Notes under the pieces: model-generated | What the model was told of the DNA's origin: nothing | The model's database searches: none | The model's input: only the letters and a program-made list of their open reading frames with translations | Position numbers and translations under genes: made by a program | In this document: positions 58,721 through 64,000 of the stretch, piece after piece | Layout of the letters: every line of letters starts with the position of its first letter | Numbering within the stretch: the first letter of the stretch is position 1 | Origin: Pedobacter hiemivivus | GTDB lineage: Bacteria; Bacteroidota; Bacteroidia; Sphingobacteriales; Sphingobacteriaceae | Direction: 5' to 3' | DNA: 64,000 nucleotides | Assembly (NCBI GenBank): GCA_040393085.1 | Contig: JBEBUV010000018.1 | Span: 7,933-71,932 of the forward strand

Positions 58721-61700
58721 ATGAATATTTACAGACATTTTAGGGCTGGAGTTAACCACTCCATCTTAAATAAATTCTTGCTGGTTATGAAGTTAACTAC
58801 TCTGATACTTATAGGGGTTATCATGCAAGTGAGCGCAACTACCTTCGCTCAAAAAATTACACTGAATAAAAAAAATGCATCTTTAGATCAGATCATTAAA
58901 GATGTTCGTATCCAAAGTGGATACGATTTCTTTTACGCCAATTCATTGATCAAAAAGTCGAAACCAATAACCATACAAGTTACGGATGCGTCACTTGAAG
59001 ATGTGTTAAAGAAATGTTTCATCAATCAGCCTTTTACTTACCATATCAGTGATAAAGCGGTAACGATCAAGGAAAAAGATAAGTCTTTCTTTGAAAAGAT
59101 AATTGACGCAATTAATACTAAAGATATCAAAGGAAGCATATTAGATGAAAATGGCGGGCCCTTACCTGGTGCAAGTGTACGCGTAAAAGGCACTAAGAAA
59201 GTTGCTGTAACAGGTAGTGAAGGACAATTTGTAATTAATGACGTGGATGAGAACGCCACTATAGAAATTACATTTGTGGGCTATCAAATGTTAACGGTTA
59301 CGGCAAACCAGGATTTGAATAACCTTAGATTGGTTAAGGATGAAAGCAAACTAGATGAAGTAATTGTTACAGCTTACGGCCGTCAGCAATCTAAGCTGAG
59401 TAATGTTGCTGCTATCTCTACCATAAAAAATGCGGAAATCAAACAAAGTCCAGCAGCCAGCATTAGTGTAGCGTTGGCAGGCAGGTTACCAGGTTTAACC
59501 GCTATGCAAAGAGTTGGTGAGCCAGGACGCGAAAATAACGTCCTGCTAATCCGCGGTAAAGGCACTTTTAATACACAAAGTCCACTTATTGTAGTAGATG
59601 GAGTAGAAAGATCAGATTTTTTAAATAATCTAGATCCGAATGAGGTGGAATCCATCAGTATACTAAAGGATGCATCTTCAACTGCATTGTACGGCGTTAG
59701 AGGAGCAAATGGTGTAATCATTGTAACCACAAAAAGAGGCCGTTCAGATGCTCAGGAGATTAATTTTACTGCAGAGTACGCTTTACAGAATTACACCAAT
59801 TTTCCTGAGCGATTAAATGCCCTTGATTATGCAACCATAACGAATGAGGCTAGAAAAAATGTAGGTCAACCTGCTAAGTATACAGATGCAGAACTGGAGC
59901 ATTGGAGAATGAAGGACTTTCCGGAAGCTTATCCGGATATTGATTGGTTAAAGGAATCTACCACAGACTATTCTCCTCAAAACAGATATAACCTTAATCT
60001 TTCAGGTGGTTCTCCCAAGGTGAGATATTTTATCAATGCCGGGTATCTTGGTCAGGAAGGTTTATGGAAAACAGACCAGGAAAAATGGAATGCAAACACC
60101 AACTTAGATCGTTATAATTTCCGAAGCAATTTTGATGCGGATTTAAGTAATACCTTAAAAGCTTCCCTGCAATTGGGTGGTTATATTGAAAAGCAAAACC
60201 GTCCAGCTGGACTTTTTGGCGATGGCACTAACGTAATTATAAATGCCATTTTAAAAACCCCCGCCGGATTATTCAACAAGCTTACACCAGACGATGAAGT
60301 AGTTAGCGTTTCTGACAATCCAGGTGATGCGCCGGTTTACGGTCTGATCAACCGTACGGGTTACATCATTGAATCAAGAAATAACATTACTGGTACTTTT
60401 GCCATGGAGCAGGACTTGAGTATGGTTACCAAGGGCTGGTCGATTAAGGGATTATTTGCATTTGATTCGCGTGCCGTGAATACACAAACGCGTAGCAGAG
60501 ATTTTGCAAGATACAGACCTGTTATTAACGGAAATAACGTAACTTATCAATTGTACCAGGGTAGCAATACCAATTTGGGAGCAGCATCTTTATCATCATC
60601 CTTTGTTTCCAACTCCACCTTACAGTTTTCTACTAGCTACGCCAGAACATTTGGGGCACACGAAACCACCGGACTCCTGTTGTTTCAGCGTGAGTCTAAA
60701 TTGATTAATGCAGATTTACCTTATAACTATCAAAGTTTGGCCAGCAGATTTACATATGGTTACAACAGAAAGTATTTAGCTGAGGTGAATTTAGGCTATA
60801 ATGGTTCTGAGCAATTTGCGAAAGGAAAACGCTATGGTTTCTTCCCTGCTTTTGCAGCGGGATGGGTTATTTCTGAAGAAGATTGGGCGAAAAACATACA
60901 TGCAATCCAGAATTTGAAGTTAAGATCTTCTTATGGTATTGTGGGTAACGACAGAATGAGCTCAAGCAGGTTCTTGTACCTGGATGATTTTGGCAAAGGC
61001 GGAAGTGGCTGGGCCGATCTTGGCCAAGGTACAATAGAAAAATTTATTGGCAACTACAATATTTCATGGGAGAAAGCCAAAAAGTTTAACATAGGTATTG
61101 ACGCTAAATTATTCAATACGTTTAGTGTTACAGCCGATTACTTTAGAGAAAAAAGAAGTAATATTCTTACCAGACCGGGTAAAGTACCGGATCTTTACGG
61201 AAACGTTGGTGCATTACCTGCTATTAATGTTGGTATTGTAGAGAACAATGGTTTTGAACTGGAATTAGGATACAATAAGGTTTTCAACAATGAGATGTCG
61301 TTTATGCTAAGGGGAAATGCTGCCTATAGCAGAAATAAAGTCATCAATAAAGATGAACCAATTAGAGACGAAACCTGGGCAACCAGATACCCATCGACAG
61401 GAATGATGATTGGGCAGCCTGTAGGATTAGTTACAGCAGGATACTTCAACTCAACAGAGGATATCAAAAACTGGCCTAATCAATCAGCGTTGGGACAAGC
61501 TTCTCAACCTGGAGACCTTAAATATGTTGATCAGAATGGCGATGGTATCATAGATGTTAAAGATGAAGTAGCAATTGGTTATCCTAATGAACCGTTATTA
61601 AATTTTGGATTTGCTTTTTCTTATACCTACAAAAACTTCGATTTGGGTGGACTCTTTCAGGGAAGCGCATTGAAATCATTGTTTATCAGTGGACAAGGTG

Positions 61701-62068
61701 CTTATTCTTCGCAAAATCTGAATCTTGGACGTTACCTGGGAAGGTGGAATCAGGAGCGTTTTGACTCTGGCCAACCTATTACATATCCAAGAGTGTCACA
61801 AACGCCGAATGCCAACGAAAGATTAAATACTTTTTTTCTGGAAGATGCAAGTTTTGTTCGCTTAAAAACGATTGAACTAGGTTATACCTTACCAAAAGGC
61901 ATATCTAAACGTTTGGGTGGTAACGTTAGGTTTTTCTTTACCGGCCTAAATTTGTTTACCTGGGATAAACTCTCTACAAATGATTTCGATCCTGAGTATG
62001 TACCTGGTTTAGCCATCAGTCACCCATTATTTAAAGTTTACAATTTTGGGGTAAATGCCAAGTTTTAA
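58721..62068 (+). CDS. susC: SusC/RagA TonB-dependent transporter with N-terminal STN signalling domain
   Basis: MKLTT..L....Q.SA...AQKITL, STN, plug (SILKDASSTALYGVRGANGVIIVTTKRG), C-terminal GVNAKF. Confidence 0.95.
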   Translation: MNIYRHFRAGVNHSILNKFLLVMKLTTLILIGVIMQVSATTFAQKITLNKKNASLDQIIKDVRIQSGYDFFYANSLIKKSKPITIQVTDASLEDVLKKCFINQPFTYHISDKAVTIKEKDKSFFEKIIDAINTKDIKGSILDENGGPLPGASVRVKGTKKVAVTGSEGQFVINDVDENATIEITFVGYQMLTVTANQDLNNLRLVKDESKLDEVIVTAYGRQQSKLSNVAAISTIKNAEIKQSPAASISVALAGRLPGLTAMQRVGEPGRENNVLLIRGKGTFNTQSPLIVVDGVERSDFLNNLDPNEVESISILKDASSTALYGVRGANGVIIVTTKRGRSDAQEINFTAEYALQNYTNFPERLNALDYATITNEARKNVGQPAKYTDAELEHWRMKDFPEAYPDIDWLKESTTDYSPQNRYNLNLSGGSPKVRYFINAGYLGQEGLWKTDQEKWNANTNLDRYNFRSNFDADLSNTLKASLQLGGYIEKQNRPAGLFGDGTNVIINAILKTPAGLFNKLTPDDEVVSVSDNPGDAPVYGLINRTGYIIESRNNITGTFAMEQDLSMVTKGWSIKGLFAFDSRAVNTQTRSRDFARYRPVINGNNVTYQLYQGSNTNLGAASLSSSFVSNSTLQFSTSYARTFGAHETTGLLLFQRESKLINADLPYNYQSLASRFTYGYNRKYLAEVNLGYNGSEQFAKGKRYGFFPAFAAGWVISEEDWAKNIHAIQNLKLRSSYGIVGNDRMSSSRFLYLDDFGKGGSGWADLGQGTIEKFIGNYNISWEKAKKFNIGIDAKLFNTFSVTADYFREKRSNILTRPGKVPDLYGNVGALPAINVGIVENNGFELELGYNKVFNNEMSFMLRGNAAYSRNKVINKDEPIRDETWATRYPSTGMMIGQPVGLVTAGYFNSTEDIKNWPNQSALGQASQPGDLKYVDQNGDGIIDVKDEVAIGYPNEPLLNFGFAFSYTYKNFDLGGLFQGSALKSLFISGQGAYSSQNLNLGRYLGRWNQERFDSGQPITYPRVSQTPNANERLNTFFLEDASFVRLKTIELGYTLPKGISKRLGGNVRFFFTGLNLFTWDKLSTNDFDPEYVPGLAISHPLFKVYNFGVNAKF

Positions 62069-62094
62069 AGAATAATTAACTCAAAAACAAACAG

Positions 62095-63879
62095 ATGAAA
62101 CATTTAATATATACAGGACTGATTTGTGTTCTTGCAATTTTTTCCGGATGTAAAAAGGATTTTCTTGATAAGCTGCCGGATGGTGTATTGACAAAAGAAG
62201 AGGCTTTTAAAGATCCCAATTTAGCACGAGGTGTATTATCTAATGCTTACACAAATATCCCTGGCTATTTTGACAGATACCATTGGTGGTCTATGCTTTC
62301 ACCCAAAAGTGATGAATCTGTAGACACCGATATGAATGGTACTGGCGTAGCATGGGGCCTCGGCACATTATCGCCAAGTAGTAATCCCATTAGGATACAA
62401 GACGGACCGGAAGTATGGGGTGTTTTTTGGAGTGGGATTAGAAAAACCAATGTGTTTATAGAAAACATACACATCACACCTATTAACGACGAGGTTACCA
62501 GTACTGCAATTACTACCGCACAACGTGATCAATGGGTGGCGGAAGCAAAAGTTTTACGTGCATTTTATCACCTGGAACTGATGAAAGCTTATGGAGCTGT
62601 GTCAATAATGGACCGTGCGTACAGTCCTGATTTTGATTTTGGCACAATGAAAAGAAATACTTTTGATGAGTGTGCTAGGTGGATAGCCAAAGAATGCGAC
62701 GCCGCTTTACCTTTTTTACCGGTTAGACGTAAACAAACTGGAAGTAGTGAAGAGATTGGAATTGGAAGAATATCCAGCATGATAGCATTGGCCATTAAAG
62801 CCCGTGCTTTACTTTATAATGCGAGTCCTTTACACAATCCATCAAATGAACTGAAAAAATGGGCAGATGCAAGAGATGCTGCAAAAGCAGTTCTTGATTT
62901 GGCCAATACCAGCGGTGAATATAAGTTATGGTACAGCTCTAGCCCCGCAGATGGCAGTAAAAACGTTTACGAGTTGTTTAAACAAAAGGACAATGGTACA
63001 GCAGCTTTATCTGAGGTGATTTGGCAGCACAATTTCAACAATGGCCATTTCACTAATGTAAACAGTATTCCTACTGCTGGCGGTGCTAAAGCCGGAGCAT
63101 GCCCTTCTCAGGAACTTGTAGATGCCTTTGAAACCATTTCTGGCGAACCAGCCATACTGGGTTATTCTGATGCAGATCATTTGCAGCCTGTTCCTAATCC
63201 GGATGCTACAGATTATAATCCTGCTGATCCTTATAAAAATCGCGATCCAAGGTTAACTGGTTACGTTTATTATGACGACTCGTATTGGGGTAAACGCGGG
63301 AGTACAGACTACTATGTTAAAATTTTTGAAGGTGGGGCTGATGGCATCAGGACAGATTGGAAATATACCCGTACAGGATACTATATCAAGAAATTTACTG
63401 ATCCTACCCGGGGAAATGGTTTAGTTAGTAATCCAAGCCCGGAAGGACAGGCTTACTGGCCAATATTCCGATTGGCAGAGTTTTACTTGAATTATGCAGA
63501 GGCCAGTAACGAGGCAGAAGGACCAACACAAGCTGCAAGAGAGGCAATTAATGCCATAAGGAAACGTGCTGGAATGCCCGACATTAAACTAAAGTATGCT
63601 TCTGATCAGGACAAATTCAGAGAACGGATCAGAAACGAACGTAGAGTAGAGTTAGCATTTGAAGAACATAGGTTTTATGATGTGCGCAGATGGAATATTC
63701 TTAAAGAAACAGACAAATTAGCCACAGGAATGCGTATTGTTAAGAATGGCAATACAATTACTTACAATCGTTTTGTGGTTGAACAAAGAAGGGCCTGGGC
63801 TGATAAATACAGGATACTCCCAATTCCTCTAAATGATGATGTGAAGATGCCGGCTTACGAACAAAACTTTGGGTGGTAA
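62095..63879 (+). CDS. susD: SusD/RagB surface glycan-binding lipoprotein
   Basis: Lipobox FSGC + KKDFLDK, WSGIRKTNVFIENI, RDPRL, FRLAEFYLNYAEA, IRNERRVELAFEEHRFYDVRRW. Confidence 0.95.
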   Translation: MKHLIYTGLICVLAIFSGCKKDFLDKLPDGVLTKEEAFKDPNLARGVLSNAYTNIPGYFDRYHWWSMLSPKSDESVDTDMNGTGVAWGLGTLSPSSNPIRIQDGPEVWGVFWSGIRKTNVFIENIHITPINDEVTSTAITTAQRDQWVAEAKVLRAFYHLELMKAYGAVSIMDRAYSPDFDFGTMKRNTFDECARWIAKECDAALPFLPVRRKQTGSSEEIGIGRISSMIALAIKARALLYNASPLHNPSNELKKWADARDAAKAVLDLANTSGEYKLWYSSSPADGSKNVYELFKQKDNGTAALSEVIWQHNFNNGHFTNVNSIPTAGGAKAGACPSQELVDAFETISGEPAILGYSDADHLQPVPNPDATDYNPADPYKNRDPRLTGYVYYDDSYWGKRGSTDYYVKIFEGGADGIRTDWKYTRTGYYIKKFTDPTRGNGLVSNPSPEGQAYWPIFRLAEFYLNYAEASNEAEGPTQAAREAINAIRKRAGMPDIKLKYASDQDKFRERIRNERRVELAFEEHRFYDVRRWNILKETDKLATGMRIVKNGNTITYNRFVVEQRRAWADKYRILPIPLNDDVKMPAYEQNFGW

Positions 63880-63899
63880 GCTCTTTTAATTTAACTGCT

Positions 63900-63939
63900 A
63901 AAGTATGCTGTGCTCAAATTAATGGGCACAGCATACTTT
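63900..63939 (+). terminator. Hairpin after susD (terminator or transcript-stabilising stem)
   Basis: AAAGTATGCTGTGCTCA...TGGGCACAGCATACTTT. Confidence 0.7.
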
Positions 63940-64000
63940 ATCGAGATGAAAGGTAGATTATAAAACATAACATACGACTACTCCACAACATCTGGATTGA

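Noticed and set aside
6-62795. Numerous 60-144 aa ORFs overlapping or antisense to long genes (e.g. 6-323, 1244-1498, 13591-13920, 37235-37567, 53298-53732, 59383-59730)
   Set aside because: Shadow ORFs of well-supported genes, with no recognisable motifs or independent signals.
63946-63963. ATG after the susD hairpin as the start of the next PUL gene
   Set aside because: The frame closes after five codons (MKGRL*); no supportable CDS before the window edge.
1-64000. CRISPR arrays, IS elements/transposases, integrases, prophage or defence genes, tRNA/rRNA
   Set aside because: No regularly spaced repeats and no matching ORFs or cloverleaf sequences seen by eye; a tRNAscan-SE/Infernal run would be needed to exclude small RNAs.

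Overview
A 64 kb Bacteroidota chromosomal window, most likely Sphingobacteriaceae (Pedobacter-like); the taxon is inferred from gene content, TAnnTTTG -7 promoter elements and AT-rich start regions. Positions 1-23.5 kb are mostly housekeeping: scoAB, a GSDH-type dehydrogenase, mutS2, yggS, lysC, a DUF2723 GT-C-like membrane protein, Prx6, purB, nfuA, suhB, lgt, mtaB and ubiX. Embedded there is an ECF sigma factor / anti-sigma-protease fusion / tiny Thr-rich lipoprotein module with three exactly spaced copies of a bipartite promoter-like motif, TGGGTTAC-N13-AGGTATTAA. Positions 24-41.4 kb are a carbohydrate-catabolism cluster: AraC, GH29, SGNH esterase, kduD-kduI, LacI with a perfect 20-bp operator-like palindrome, lutABC, MFS, yiaK, GH78 and GH20. 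Positions 41.5-46.5 kb hold an orphan hybrid histidine kinase, a cold-shock protein, a clan GH-A-like lipoprotein and a secreted coiled-coil protein. Positions 46.6-63.9 kb are two back-to-back ECF-FecR-SusC-SusD loci. mutS2 carries an in-frame TAA at codon 21. I saw no rRNA, tRNA, CRISPR array, transposase or phage gene. All family assignments come from motif recognition; no database search was run.
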